Positions 24,428 to 38,630 of a stretch of DNA of 64,000 nucleotides are shown piece by piece. Below the pieces are notes generated by a model. That model saw only the letters and a program-made list of their open reading frames with translations. It did not search any database and had not been told where the DNA came from. The number at the start of each line of letters is the position of its first letter. Position 1 is the first letter of the stretch. A program made the position numbers and the translations under genes. Source of the stretch: Podarcis gaigeae (lineage: Eukaryota); the NCBI GenBank assembly GCA_964106915.2, contig OZ066923.1; one strand, given 5' to 3'.

Positions 24428-24583
24428 CAGTGGTACCTCGCAAGATGAATGCCTCGGAAGACGAAAAACTCGCAAGATGAAAGAGTTTTTCGTTTTTTTT
24501 AGTTGCTTCGCAAGACGATTTTCCCTATGGGCTTGCTTCGCAAGACGAAACGTCTTGCGAAGCAAGCCCATAGGGAAAATCGT
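24428..24583. mobile_element. Truncated copy of the 3873-4226 MITE family ending in a fold-back hairpin
   Basis: TA|CAGTGGTACCTCGCAAGA TIR, matching the reverse complement of the right arm of 3873-4226; ends in a 33-bp perfect inverted repeat. Confidence 0.85.
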
Positions 24584-24585
24584 AC

Positions 24586-24641
24586 ATGATTTCTAATATA
24601 TGATTTCTAATATATGATTTCTAATATATGATTTCTAATAT
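24586..24641. repeat. 14-bp minisatellite (ATGATTTCTAATAT)x4
   Basis: Four perfect tandem copies. Confidence 0.93.
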
Positions 24642-24811
24642 ATCTTCCAACACACAAGAGTCTAGCCGCTCCATCACAATGTTCTACAAAAACTCTACTA
24701 GGGAAAGTACTATTTAGTTTAATGAGAATGTAGATAGGGGAATATTGTATAAGCCTGGGGACATGTAAGATTTAGTTAGTCCTATAACTAGCAGAAAAAG
24801 TCATTACTCAC

Positions 24812-25144
24812 GTAGATAAGCCCTGAGTAGTATCGCTCCTTCAGATTGTGCAACACTGAGGCCTCATTCAGGCAGGTCAGTTCAGCCATATCTTCCACTT
24901 TTGAGAACTTGGGTGGGTTCATCTTTTGGATATCATCTTTGTTGACTCTCACTTTCTTCCCATTCTCTGCAAGCTCCACAATGGCTTCATCTCCTACTTC
25001 TTCCTTCAAGCTAGCAGGCTCAAAACCATTTTTCTCTGATGGGACCCACACCAGCTTCTTGGCAGCCCAATCAGCCTGAGCAAGAGGGTTGTTGATGAAG
25101 TTTCTATCCACATAGAGGTATTTGTCAGCATCTCTCTGAGCCAT
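24812..25144 (-). CDS. MYH9: MYH9 first coding exon (exon 2), codons 1-111
   Basis: Translates [35 protein letters not shown]...[10 protein letters not shown], the NMHC-IIA N-terminus. Kozak context ACCACCATGG. Acceptor tcatag| puts the exon start at 25164 (20 nt of 5'UTR); donor |gtgagt at 24811. CDS part is 333 nt. Confidence 0.97.
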
Positions 25145-26592
25145 GGTGGTTTATAACCAGGGACCTATGAAAAGAAGAAGTTGCAATGTTATTACCTTGC
25201 CAACATTTTGACACTACAACCTTGGAGTCACCTGAAATAGGCACCAGTTCCCTCACCAACACCGATTTCAAATCTTTGACCATGTTACTGTTTAAATGAA
25301 ATGCAATCATTAGAAGTAGGTTCATGTTGTTAGCTTAAACACTCTATAGAGGCAAGAACACTAGAGATAAAAGTATAGATATTTTAGGTCCTTGTAAAGG
25401 AGTTCTGAGTAGACAAGGCCATTGACTCCAAGTTGCATGCCCAGATAAACTATTCACCTATTGCTTCCCCACAGATTCATTAGCCCCTGTGGGTCACAAA
25501 TAGGCAGTGACCGGATGCATAAAAGCATCCAATTACTCAAGCAACCAAGCTTGAAGGAACACACAAGAAGCTGGCAACTACATATCAACACAATGTGGTA
25601 GTGCTACAATTAGCCTCCTCCCCCTAGGCCTTAACTAGACTGGGGGGGGGGGGCAGCTTCACATAGTCAAAGTGGTTTTCCCCTCAGTTAAAAACAGCTA
25701 TTTAAAATGGATGGGTCACACCTGAGGAGAATATCCATGTTCTACCCCAATGAAACTGTAAAATGATATTAAGTTGTGCAAAATCATAGGAAATACAGAG
25801 ATGAAAAACTTACTAAGGTTAATAACTTTTCAGTAGATATGACACAACCCGATTTCTTATCAACATTTGTCAGTTCCCTGGAACAAATGTAAGATATCTG
25901 AAGAAATACTAAGTCTACAGTGGTCTACAGTTATTTACAGCAAACTACAGCTATTTACAGACTGACAGCCCTAGCTTGGGTAGGAAAGCAGGTCGTCTTT
26001 TCTTCCTATCTAGAAATTAGAATTCCTTTCTTTGCTATTATGCCTACAAATGATTTAACTTGGGCTGCCAGCCTCACTCAATCCCTTGTGGCATCTGTTA
26101 ATAGCCTGAAAGTAAAAGTAAAACCTCCAGGCTGGCAGGAGACTCACCCTGACTAGAGCAGACCTGTTAGATTAGAAAAAAGTGGCTGCCAGGTAGCCAC
26201 TTCTATTTTTCCACAATGAGAAAAAAACTCAGAACTACTTTAGGAGGTGAAAGGCAAAGTAATTTTATACTTGCCACTTTATGTGGCTCACTATGCAACA
26301 CAAGTGGTCCATTGCATTAGGTATTTCAAAACCTTACAAACTTCCTGTCTCTCTGCATTGTGTGTGCATGCATACAGCCGTCAAGAACCAAGCTTTTCAG
26401 CCAGCCTTTGCACACCACAGTGTCAATACTGCTGCATGCTGCTAGCCAAAGCTAGCCAAAGCTGCCCATGAAGACATTTAGAATACAAATAGGTCTCCCT
26501 CCAGAGTCAACCAAGTTACAAAATAGTTGGTAAACTGCAGCAAGACTTGTTCAAGGACGTACTGTGGATATACGTTTCCATTAAGCCTTTCA

Positions 26593-26623
<31 letters not shown>

Positions 26624-26625
26624 AA
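26593..26625. repeat. (AAGC)n microsatellite
   Basis: Direct inspection. Confidence 0.9.
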
Positions 26626-27899
26626 AGAAAAGAAAGCCATCATTTTTATGTCAACTTAGTCTCAAAAGCAAGTGTTTAGATAGCTTGCATTCACCTAAAT
26701 ATACATTTACTTATGATTAACCATGCAAACAAGGCACTTTGGATTTTGCTAGAAATTGAAAACATAAGAGGAGTCTGCTGGATCAGGCCAATCGCCCATC
26801 TAGTCCAACATCCTCTCACAGTGACCAACCAGATGCAAATTAGAAGTAAGCAAAGAAGAATAATGTGCTGGGGCTATATTTAATGCAAGAAACCAATGTG
26901 GAGCTCATACTGGCAGAATTTGCTGGAGACATCAAAAAGCAAAAAGTTACATTATGTAAAACCCAATAAAAGCTCTTCAAACAAACAAGAACTATCCTAG
27001 AGCCAAGTATTTCCAGTGATACACCATGCTTCATGATGCCTAATCATAGTGTTGGAGCCAAAAATATGCCACAGGTCTTTGCTAAAATAGGAGAAAACTG
27101 GTGATTTAGGTCCATAAATTTGTCACTCAGGAGCCAAAGGAAAAGGTGGGGAATAATTCATTGTACTGCATTCAGAATTGTATCAAGGCTGGCAAGGCAA
27201 CAGCTGTAGTCTAAACTTCTGCTACACAGCTTCCTGCAATTGCAACTTCCAAGAATCTAACTACTTGCCTTTTTTGGCCATAATTGAGCAAGACACACCA
27301 GGAGAATGAGCGCTTCCAGCTGAATTTGGTTACTTTTAGTTTCATCATTTCCTGAAAACTAACTGAAGAGCTATATAGTCAGCTTAAAATATTCTTCTAT
27401 TTCTTTAGGCCCTTTCTGCTCAGAATACATCTGGCATGGTTTTGTCATTCCTCATGCCTTCAGAGAAAAAGAGTTATTTTGGTTGACAGCCTTTGAGATG
27501 CATGACATTCTGGAAATTTTACTTCCATGTCCTGTGCACAGTCTAAGTCACTAGGTATCTTCAGCAGCAAGGACCTAGCATTGAAATTCAAATCCCATAA
27601 GCCCCTGACAGCTGTGCCAATGAGCGGGGGCAGTGGGAGTTGCAGACTAACGACATCTAGCAGGCCACAGTTTTTCCACCTCGCCTGCCCCAGCAGCACA
27701 TAAATCTATTTCTCCCCATCTTAGCAGAGAAGGGGCCCCTGTTGTAATATTGTTCACCAAGATGACCAATTACTTTTGAGTTCACTTTTTCCAAGAAGTA
27801 ATTGGGCAACATTTCCAGTACATAATACTAATAATTGAAAAGATTATTCGGGGGGGGGGGGGGACACTCTTACAACGGAATTATACCAACATATGGCCG

Positions 27900-28564
27900 A
27901 AACGAAGATCATGGCCACTGGGCCCATCACCTCCTGGCAAATAGAAGGGGAAGAAATGGAGGCAGTGAGAGATTTTACTTTCTTGGGCTCCATGATCACT
28001 GCAGATGGTGACAGCAGTCACGAAATTAAAAGACGCCTGCTCCTTGGGAGAAAGGCGATGGCAAACCTAGACAGCATCTTAAAAAGCAGAGACATCACCT
28101 TGCCAACAAAGGTCCGTATAGTTAAAGCCATGGTTTTCCCAGTATTGATGTATGGAAGTGAGAGCTGGACCATAAAGAAGGCTGATCGCCGAAGAATTGA
28201 TGCTTTTGAATTATGGGGCTGGAGGAGAGTCTTGAGAGTCCCATGGACTGCAAGAAAATCAAACGTATCCATTCTTAAGGAAATCAGCCCTGAGTGCTCA
28301 CTGGAAGGACAAATCGTGAAGCTGAGGCTCCAATACTTTGGCCACCTCATGAGAAGAGAAGACTCCCTGGAAAAGACCCTGATGTTGGGAAAGATGGAGG
28401 GCACAAGGAGAAGGGGACGACAGAGGACGAGATGGTTGGACGGTGTTCTCGAAGCTACAAACATGAGTCTGACCAAACTGTGGGAGGCAGTGGAAGACAG
28501 GAGTGCCTGGCGTGTTCTGGTCCATGGGGTCACGAAGAGTTGGATATGACTAAACAACAACAAC
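27900..28564 (+). mobile_element. RTE-BovB LINE, 5'-truncated 3' fragment
   Basis: ORF 27893-28549 (TKIMATGPITSWQIEGEEMEAVRDFTFLGS...RRIDAFELW...LEKTLMLGKMEG...VHGVTKS) is the C-terminus of BovB reverse transcriptase; (CAA)n tail. Confidence 0.93.
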
Positions 28565-29647
28565 ATCCATACATTTCACAAACAGGTGTGTGCCAAACTG
28601 TGTGTGCAGTCAGGTATGTGAAAAGCCTTAAGAGTGAACAGAACTGAGCTCAGGTTCTACTAGAATAGTTTATGAGCTCTGATCCAGGTAACTGATCCAA
28701 TAGCAACCATAATCTTATTAGGAGTTTCTCAGGGAGCCACATCATGCACAGCCATGGGGGAATATTAAACATGCTCCTGAGCACACACCAAATTGACACA
28801 GAAGGTGACAAGACTGAAAAGACCTAGCCAGCATAAGGAGAGAAGGAACCTTGGAGTGTTTTCAGAATCCACTTTAGTTCACAGGGCTTCTGTGAAAAGC
28901 AAATCTATGTGTTTCCTTGACTGTAGGACATTTGAAAACAAAAAAAGGAACTATTAATGTCTGTCATTACTAAATGCAAAAAGAAGAGTGTAAACAACAG
29001 AGTAAGGGTGGGACAACGTCTATAAGATGAACAGCAAGGGACCAAGAAACGGAAAAATGTTAGACCTTCCTTAAGTCACACATATGATGATCTAGTAGAG
29101 ACTGTAAGCTTTAACAGGAAATGGCAACAGGCCAGTTGTAGGATGTGAAAAAGCTCACACCACATCCTGACAACAATTATCAGCAGTACACGAAGTGACA
29201 CACACTAGTCATCATACACCCTAACTGAATCTATTGCCCCTTTATGCTTTCACAACTATGAGTTCTCTCCATGGAATAACTTGGATTCTGTACTTGTTTT
29301 TCTTTCTTTATGTCCATTTATGTTATTGGTTGTTACCTGTTAAATAGATTTTAAAAATAATGCATTATTAAAAACAACTATGTTACCTAATTTGGTGTTC
29401 CATACTTGGCGAAAGTCAGCTCTAGCACAGATCCGTATTGTCTACTTCCAGAAAAGGTAACTTATTAAACACTGAATGTATGCTGGAAAAATGCTGAGAG
29501 ATCAAAGACTGCACCTTATCAGTATCATTAACATGATCTGCACATCACTTTATCAGCATTATGAGCTGTGAAAAGGTACCACATTTTAACCAACTGTTGA
29601 ATGTTTATCCCAGGAAACACTTTTCAACCATTCAAGTCCACTTGAAA

Positions 29648-29792
29648 AGAATTGCTTTTGGGACTCTGCCATTGCTCAACAAGGTCAGTAAATTAATATA
29701 AAAGACCATAAGCAACAAATCTGCTTAACAAACAGGAAATTTGGTGTCAGACTGACGGGGGTATGGTATTTGAATGTGTCCAATGAATATTA
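29648..29792 (+). repeat. Copy 1 of a ~140-bp diverged local direct duplication
   Basis: AGAATTGCTTTTGGGACTCTGCCATTGCTCAACAAGGTCAG...CCAATGAATATTA recurs at 31967-32106. Confidence 0.85.
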
Positions 29793-31966
29793 TGTCTGCT
29801 TTCAAGAAAATTATATTTTCTATTACACACACAAACAAGGCATATGATTTAGTTAAAGGGGATGGAAGAAATAACTGTTCAAGTTCGCAGCACACATTTA
29901 TTTGTAGCACATCACATTTTCCCCTTCCTTTTTTTTTTTTTTTTTGCTTGCTAGTGATGCTGCTCTATTTTTATCAATGCAGAACAGTTTTGACCATTTG
30001 AGTATTTGCTAGTTAATGTGTTTTTCAGGAATTTTCTTTCAACTTAAAGCAGCTTTCCCCACCTGATGCCCCCCAGAGGTTTCGGACAAAGATTCTCAAC
30101 AACCCTGACCATGACCATGTTGGAGGGCACTGTGTTGAGGAGTGCTCTCCCAGCGCTATTTTTTTATTTTATTTTTTTGAATGGAAGCCAATTTTCTTAA
30201 GGTGTTAAATGTGCACAGACTCTCCAATGGAGGAGCTGGTGAATCCCCTACTCTAAGCAATCATTATCTTACTGGATACCTCCTGCTGTACAATAAGATG
30301 ATACAAGTTAGTAGAAGCCAACATAAATGTTAAACTGAACAGTAAAACTCAACTAAGAAAGAAGTTTGGGTCCAGCTTGTTCCTAGAACTGATCTGCTAA
30401 TTACAGATATAGCATCAACATCTGCAGTCATGGCGGAACACTAAACAGCAAGAGTATTGGGCAGGTAGCCACCCCTTTGATGTCCAGAATGCCCCTTTGA
30501 GACCATAATGAGATTTGCTGGAGCACATGCAACAGCAGTAGTTTGGGAGAGCTCTCCTGTGCTCCTGCCCAGTGGCTCTTTACCATTCTGTTGTAAAGCT
30601 GGGCTAGTTACAGGTGTGTGGTCCCTGTTACCATCCACACTTTGATTCAGTCATAACCAAGACATCTAGAAGCAACTCAGATCATCTCAAGCACGTAGGT
30701 TTAAGGGAGACTGTAGGGCGTTTCAGCATTCTCAGAGCAAACATTTCTTTCTCACGTGAGCAAAAACACATTTCAAATGAAGCCCCTTACTCATAATATT
30801 GTAGTGTACCACAGCCACAGTCCTTTCAGTACAGATGTGAAGTGAAGACAATGGGAAAGGTGGGAGGAGTTGCATCTTAGTCTAGCCATGCATGCAGACA
30901 TTACAAAAGTTAATTAACACCATAATCAGCCATGGGAAGGAATACAAATGCAGCCTCTGTGGTGTATATATTTGATGGAGGCATATGGCAGGAATCGGCA
31001 AACTTTGACACACCCCACACAGATGCTGCTGGACTACAGCCTTGACCACTGGCCTATGTCAACTAGGGTTGATGGGACTTTGAGCCCAACAACATCTGGA
31101 AGGCCACAGGTTCCGCATCCCTGCTCCAAGGAGTCTCATATATTCCCAGTAATCCTTACAGTCACCTTGTTAGGGTAGGTTGTTATTCTCCTATTTAAAC
31201 GGGAAGTCAAGAGAGAACACAGAACTGTATAAGAGCCAAACTGGTCATGACAACAGCAGACTCATGCATGACGACCAAATTCTAACAGAAGGTGGAAAGT
31301 GAACTCTTCTTACTAAATCACCTCTCCCAATATGCTCCCTTTGCTGCAAAGGGGGAAAGCAGCTTGCGCAAGAAGATTGTGTTAACAGTAAGGATTTGGC
31401 AAACGTCTCACCCAGCCATAACATGGAGTTGCAACACACAATTAGTATTCTGCAGAATCTGAGCTGCACTGTGCCACCTACTGGGTACGTAACCAAACAC
31501 TGACATTCGAACCAGGGATTTCCTAGTTCACCAGCGCCCCACCCACCTTCCCATAGTTATACCATGCACCCCACACACTATGGAACCTGCATCTCTCTTT
31601 TAGGGAACATCTTAAGAAGCTATTTGCTGAACATGCACAAGAGATCCTTTCTCAACTCCTGAGCTTTCTACAGGATCCAGGTGTTTCAGATGAAGGCTGA
31701 CGAACTGATAACACCATCTGCACAAGACTGGGAAGGAGAGGGTAAGATACAGTCTACTTTTCAGGAATCTAGACATTCCATTTGCTGAACCCTTTCTGCA
31801 GGATTTCTGGTATTAAAGGTTTGTGAGAACCTGCCCCCTGAAAAAAGTGAAGCTTCCTTTAGGCTTCAGAAGCATCTGGAAAAACAGGACACACTGCTTG
31901 CAGTTTATTTCTCCAGTACTATTTGTATTACCCCCTTGGCCTACTGTTTACTTTATCAGTGGCCAC

Positions 31967-32106
31967 AGAATTGCTGTTGGGACTCTGCCATTGCTCATCA
32001 AGGTCAGCACATTAATATAAAAGAGTATAAGCAGAAAGACTGCTTAACAAACAGGAAATTTTGTCTCTAAATGACCATGCTACTTGAATGTATCCAATGA
32101 ATATTA
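31967..32106 (+). repeat. Copy 2 of the ~140-bp local direct duplication
   Basis: Colinear with 29648-29792, with scattered mismatches. Confidence 0.85.
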
Positions 32107-35100
32107 ACTCACACAGTTTTTCCTGATTTAAGCATTGCACGCTCTTGCAAATAGGTAACTGCACAACATGCCCCAGGCAAAGTTGCTGGAGAGTGAGAAG
32201 ACAATAACCTTTTCAGTTGTAGTTAAAGCCTCATCTTCAGGGGAAAATGACAGTTCGTTTTCACCAGTTTGGAGTATTTAACTATTGAGCCCTAATAAGA
32301 CCTAAGCAGCTAGTTCTTTCCCACCTAAATCAAATGCAAAGCCTTGAAACAGAATGGCCCAAATGAAGTCTGTAATGAAACTTCTGGGGGAAAGTTGTTC
32401 CCAGAGTTATACTGCACTTTGTTCTGATGGAACCAAGCTTCTATTGCTCAAGCAGTCTGAGCGTGGTTTGCTCAAGTGTAAGGGGGAGGGGGAAGCAGTA
32501 AGATATAATTACACAGCAAATGCTACCTAACTGGTAAGTGCAGTGTGTAGGTTAAGCAAGGGGTGAGGTGGTGAAAGTGCACTATGTGATCATGATCTCA
32601 AACCTATTGCTAACAGGACAAAGCCCAATTCACTGGGTATTCTCCTGAATCTGTGGAGAAACCGAGCCTCTAATTCTCAGGAGCAACACATTCAATTACT
32701 TTCAAAATCTGAAGCACACAAACTACAATACTTAAAGACAGAGGCATGTAGAAATTTCTACAGCTTATAAAGATGTTTGAGCTTCATTTGTCAAACATGG
32801 CAAAAGCACATTCATGTCTCACAATTCCTTTGGACATGCAAAGTTGTCATCTGAAGTCTTTATGCCCAATTTTCTCCAATTTAATTGTACATGGGGGCAT
32901 TACTGTATTCCCCATACCTGTGCATTCTGTAACACAGAGCAATTGAAGCAGAGAAATCTGTTGAAAGTACTCAGTGATTAATTGAGGTGACAAGTACAGC
33001 AGTACACTCCTTGACTTTTGAAATTATGAAATGAGAGGCACTCTGATTAGCAATATCCTGTTGCTGATGTTGCACAGTAAAAGAGGAGTCAGAGCAACTG
33101 AAAATTAGTTGCAAGATCAAAATTGAATGCTGAGTTGGGAGAGCCACATTCTAACACAAGTGAGAAGCCAGAGGGCTCTATAGTTCACAAGTTCAAGTTG
33201 CTCCTCATACAGGCACAGCCTTTGTTTCAATAAGTATTTCACAACACTCACATACACACACACTTTTTTATAAAAGCAATGTTAACTGCAATGAGGCACC
33301 TTTCTGTGACAGTGGGAAAAAATAATTGTCAAGGCTTTCACACAAACTAAATATGGTGTGTCACAATAATATTTGATATGCAGTGCAATCCTATACAGGT
33401 TTACTCAGAAGCAAGGTCTAGTGAGTTGAGTGGAACTAATACCTAGGTAAGTAAGCATAGGATTGCAGCCTTAAGTAACTGTTAAAGTCTCTCTCTCCAG
33501 GAATCTGAGCTCTTTCTCAACATTCAAGTAGTCTACTTTTTTTTTTTTTTTTTTTTTTGCAGCTGTATGGTACTTGGATGCACTGCTTCAGAGCACTCAT
33601 TTCTAAGTTTAGTTTATTATCCCAGGGTACAGGGCTGCCACCACTAAAAAATATGAACTGCATTATTCACTTGGTGTCAAGCAAGTTCTGCACTAAGGAA
33701 ATATAAATTGTATATGCCACAACACGAAATACGTGTGAAAATTTAACTGGCATAAACCTCTTGGTATCAGTGTGGTTGCAAGGGAGGGTCCACAAATTAC
33801 CGTACCTATATTGGAAAGGCAGTAGCAATTCTGCCATTTTACGTACAAACAGAAGATGCAACCCAAGCCATATGGTTCACATGTTAAGATTATCCCCATA
33901 TTCTGGCCCTATTGGTTGCAACTGTTAACACAAAATTAACTGACTCTTCTTAAAAGTTCCACATCACTTTAAATTCATCTTTCCTTTCATGATGAATTTT
34001 CGGCTTTTGTTGCTTTCCAATTCTTAGATTAAATAATTGTATTATTTAACCATTTCCTTCTTCCACTCTTCCCGACTCACCTCTACAGGACTTGAGGAAT
34101 GCCAGCTGCAGACCAACAAGTCATTACTAGCCTCTGTATGGTATCAAAGGGAAACATTATTATAACAGGAGGCAAGAGAAACCCATGATTGGGCTTTTCT
34201 TCTCAGAAGGCTTGCGACTGGTTAACTAGAGAGCCCATGCAAACTTAGATGGGCTCATGGTTACAACAAAAACAGAAGTACCCCTGCAAACAGATTAGGA
34301 TATTGGGGGGCAGGGTACTACTGCCAAGGCAAAATACTTTGCATTCAAAGCTTTCATGTATTGTCTTACCACCCTTTCCCCACACAATCACCATTGCTGA
34401 AATACGGAAGTGCAATGGCAGGGGTGGAAAAGTGGTATGGAAACTCCACAGTAGTGACAGGCCACTCCTGCCATTACAGACCAACTGCAGAGTTAAGTCC
34501 TAGGACACGTTGCACTCAAGAGTGAAGCTGATATTAATTAGTTCAGCTTACAGAGTATGGGAACTGGTGCATGGAAATAGCATTGTGTTATGGGGAGGGG
34601 TGTAGAGGTGGTTATTAGTTTCAAACTCCATCTGCAGCACACTTAAGCCCAACTGGCAGCAACCCAAAGCTTAAAAAGTTTGGAATATATCTTATTCCAA
34701 GCTAAATGTAGCATAGTATGCTTTCTGAAACTGTTGTTTCCTATTACCATGTGTGCAATACATGCCTTCTCAGCATAGGAAAGAGACAGCATGCCCACAA
34801 GGAAAACATTCCAGAGGGAGAACACATTCTTCGTGACCACTCAGTAGAGTAATCCCACTTTAAGATGACAGCAGTGGCTTCAGAGACTCCAGCCCAGCCC
34901 TGCTGCTCAAAGGGTTTGGTTTAGAGTTCACTATGTCTCCCTGGGCAACAGGATCTTAAGAGACAGGCCTGGGACATTGCACAAGATGACAATATTGAAG
35001 CAAAAGTTCCTATCCCCACAGGCTTTGAGTGCCCAAAGTACTGCCAACAATACCTCCACAGCAGCAGATCAGAGCCAATAACTAAACGCTTCCCTGCTGT

Positions 35101-38100
35101 GCCACAGGTAGAAACACTATTCCCATTTACTTAGATTTGAAAGCAAGGCTGCCTCTTCTGTTGGTTTTACCATCCCAGTCAAGTTCATGCAAGACGTATG
35201 TGTCAGAGTCAACACCCCTCCCATCTATGATCATGCCTTCTCATTCTTTCACGGACTCTGCAATTTGCATCAATGCTAAGCTTCTTTCTTCTAAAGCACT
35301 CTCTCTTCACGGACATTTCTTCCGTATCATCTTTCTGGTCCACATTTAAGTGCAAAAGCTTGATACCTGACACAAGCAGCAGTAGCTCCTTGTCTCTGAA
35401 TGCAGACCAGCACTATCCCAGGAGCAGACAGAAAAGTAGGGCAAGTGGTTTCTAACGGATCAAGAGCAGGAAGGAGGAGGCTGTTGGCATTCCCCACAAG
35501 TGATTTTCTTCCTGAATTGAATTCATTTCTATCTGAGGGCCAGGATAGGACCAAGGCAGCTACAAGAAAGGGCTGCAAGGGGTAGGGTGAGACAGAAGGA
35601 ACCAGCACTGCTCCAACATTAGTACTGTCTGGCTCAGATTGGAACAAGGATCTGCCGCGCCTTCGACAACCTTTTTTTAAAGAAAGAAATGCCACTGTTC
35701 CTGAATTCTCATAACCACAAAGGAAACAAACTAATAATTGTCCATGATCAGGAATCTATAGCTACACCATTGCCTTTTCATGTTGTAATAATTATCCCTC
35801 ATTTCCTGCTCCATTATGAGTTTTATAAGGTCTGGCAACTTGGCTAAAGTGACAGCTAGTTTCATAGCATAAAGCCAGCCTCAGGCTCCTGGGACTATAA
35901 CTATTTTTAATCACTAGTTCTAGATAGCAGCAGCAGCTCTGAACGTTCAGTGTCATCAGAGTATCTTAAGCAACGAAAGCTCTCCAAAATTTCAATACAG
36001 AATTATAATCATATACAACTTTTTAAAAGCCTTGTGACCACCTACTCAGAAATGTTACCTATCCCTTTGGCACAGCCCTTTGCCATCTGCCAGCACTACT
36101 TTCCTGGGATGTTCTCTTATCCAAAAGCAAGTGTTGGTCCAACACAAAGGAGAAATGTTGTGCACAAACGCAGACATTCCAGTGACCATTCCTGGCTCAG
36201 CCTCCCTTCTTTACTGCATGCCCCTGGACACAAACAAGTAGGCTAAACTGCACTTGCAAGCTTGTTTTTAAGATAACCTAAAGGCCATAAACAGCTTGGG
36301 AGCCTCCAATAAAGAAATGCTTGTAACTGGGACTGCTGAAGACATAGGTGAAAGGTAACAAGTTAGCTAGTCACTTTTCAGCCATGTTTTGTCAAAGGTC
36401 TACTTCTAAAGAACAGTTTATGAACATTAGGCAGTGCATGATTCCCTAGACCTGCCTTCCCTCCCCAGTCTGGTACCCTCCATATGTTTTGGACTACATC
36501 TCCTATTGTTCCTGATCATTAGCCATGCTTGTTAGGCCTGATGGAAATTGTAATCCAATGCATTTGGAAGGCACCAACTGGGAAAGAGTACCCCAACTAT
36601 TTGCCCCTCATTCTGGAAAAACATTGTTGAAGATTCCTGCAAGTTGTACATATGGGAAGCAATAGGATGGAGGGGAACTGAAGGACTAAAGGCTCAGTTA
36701 CAGGCAGAAGAAACAAAAAAGAGGAGTTCAGCGGATGAGAACAGTTTAAGAATAAGACAGAGTAGCTTGGAGGTCTGGGCAAGACTGTAACTGGAAGCTG
36801 GAACAGCAGTGCCTAAAAATACCATTTCTAAGAAAAAGTTCTTAGTGGATCTCTCAGCTGTGCTTCCTCATATCAGACAACAAGAAAAAGGGCATTAGGG
36901 GCTGTATCCAGTGCTTGAGTAGATGCATAGAAATGAATGCCCTTGACTAACTTAGGTCCATTAATTTCAGTGGGTGTGCTCTGAACAGAACTTGGCTGGA
37001 TACAACCCATAATACTATTTGTGTTGTATCGCAACTTGCTCTTCAAACATGTGTAGCAGGTTTGTGCAAGCACACTATTAAACAATATGAAATGTGGAAA
37101 AACAGCTAGTTAAGAGGAAACAAGAAGAAATTTAATGCAGGCTGGAGCCATGGAAGTACCCAAAGGCTTTACTATATATATTATTCCCAAGGCTTTCATG
37201 ATGCATGCCCAAGCAGCTTCAGCACAACTGTATAGCACAAAAGTTGTCCCTCTTCATTTCTTCTATAGTAACCTGGGGGATAACTAAGATACCTAGTCTG
37301 TGCACATTAACATCAAGTCTAGACTTTAAATACCTTGCATAATACTGCACAAAATGAAAAATAAGCCCCATAGTGTAGTCTAGCAATTGCAGCTTCACTC
37401 TACTTGAAAGGAACTTCATAGCCAACAGTGGTAAGGAGCAGGGCTTACCTGCTAAGTTAATTGGGTTGAAGGCATTTTCTAACTGGTCTGACTAATTTCA
37501 AGTGCCACTGTCAAACTGATTAGTGATTATGTGAAATCTACCACTAACAGCATCTTAGGGCAATATTAGACACTGCAGCAGTTGTGTGGGTTTAATTTGG
37601 AGTGGCCTCATCACATATATTGGGAGAGGACACACTGATCAAGGGGTTAAACCCTTCCTGAATATCTTGCAGCTCCTCTCCCCAGCTGCTTCTCACACAG
37701 CAAAGATGGTATTGGAGTGCTTCTGTGAGAAGGATTCATTTTCTATTAGCAGTCACTTTGGTTGAATTAAAAGCATAATACCAACAGGCTTATGTCTGAA
37801 GACACAAGGTTCTCAATTAGAACTTCAAAGTTTTTGCTGAAGATCTGTATTCATCCACTGGGGGGAAAATGTGGTTGTTTCAATCAGGTGAGTAGATGAA
37901 ATGTACTATTTTAGAGATACTAAAGATAATATTTGCATTCATCTAAATCTTATCAATGCATTTGAATGTGTTTGGAAGAAATTCCCATGATTTTGAAAGG
38001 AACTCATTTTCAAGCTCATTTTAGGATACTGTCATTGGAAGTAAGTTGGATGAAGTGGTAGCCTGGTATAAAAGTTAGCAAACTCATGAAAGATTGCATA

Positions 38101-38630
38101 TTCTGTATTTAAGAGTTGCAGCAACCTCTTAACAGAGCAGTAGGTCACTAGAACTTTTAGAATCTTTGGGTTCCCAAACTACAAGTGGTCAACAAGTTTC
38201 ATTCAAGTGGCCCAGTGTGTCTAAAAATACAATTAAAATCACACACCATCTAGCACAGCATAATCATTACAATTGCTCTAAGAGGCAGGAGAATCATTAA
38301 GTGGTCTGCCAAGGCCCTCAGCAATGTTCAAGTGGTCTCAGAGGGAAAAGGTTTGGGAACCACTACTATAGACTAATGAAAACTGGTACTGGGATCCATG
38401 TTGTTTAAACTACCCTAGTCCAAGGCAGGCAATAATTTTTTTACTGTATGCAGAACCATTTGGATCCTCTTGTTAAACCTCTCTCAGAGCCCATGCCTAA
38501 TTTGGTGTATGGATAACCAATTCAATATAGCCCTATATAGCATACTGTCTTAGGCTTGGGTAAAGGCATGAGTGTGCTGTGACTTTTCCCATTTCCTCAA
38601 AATACACAGGGAAGCAGTGTTTGCAGGATA

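Noticed and set aside
24586-24641. CRISPR-like repeat array
   Set aside because: Tandem repeat without spacers, in eukaryotic DNA.
27893-28549. 218-aa ORF as a nested host gene
   Set aside because: It is the C-terminus of BovB reverse transcriptase; the overlapping antisense ORFs are by-products.
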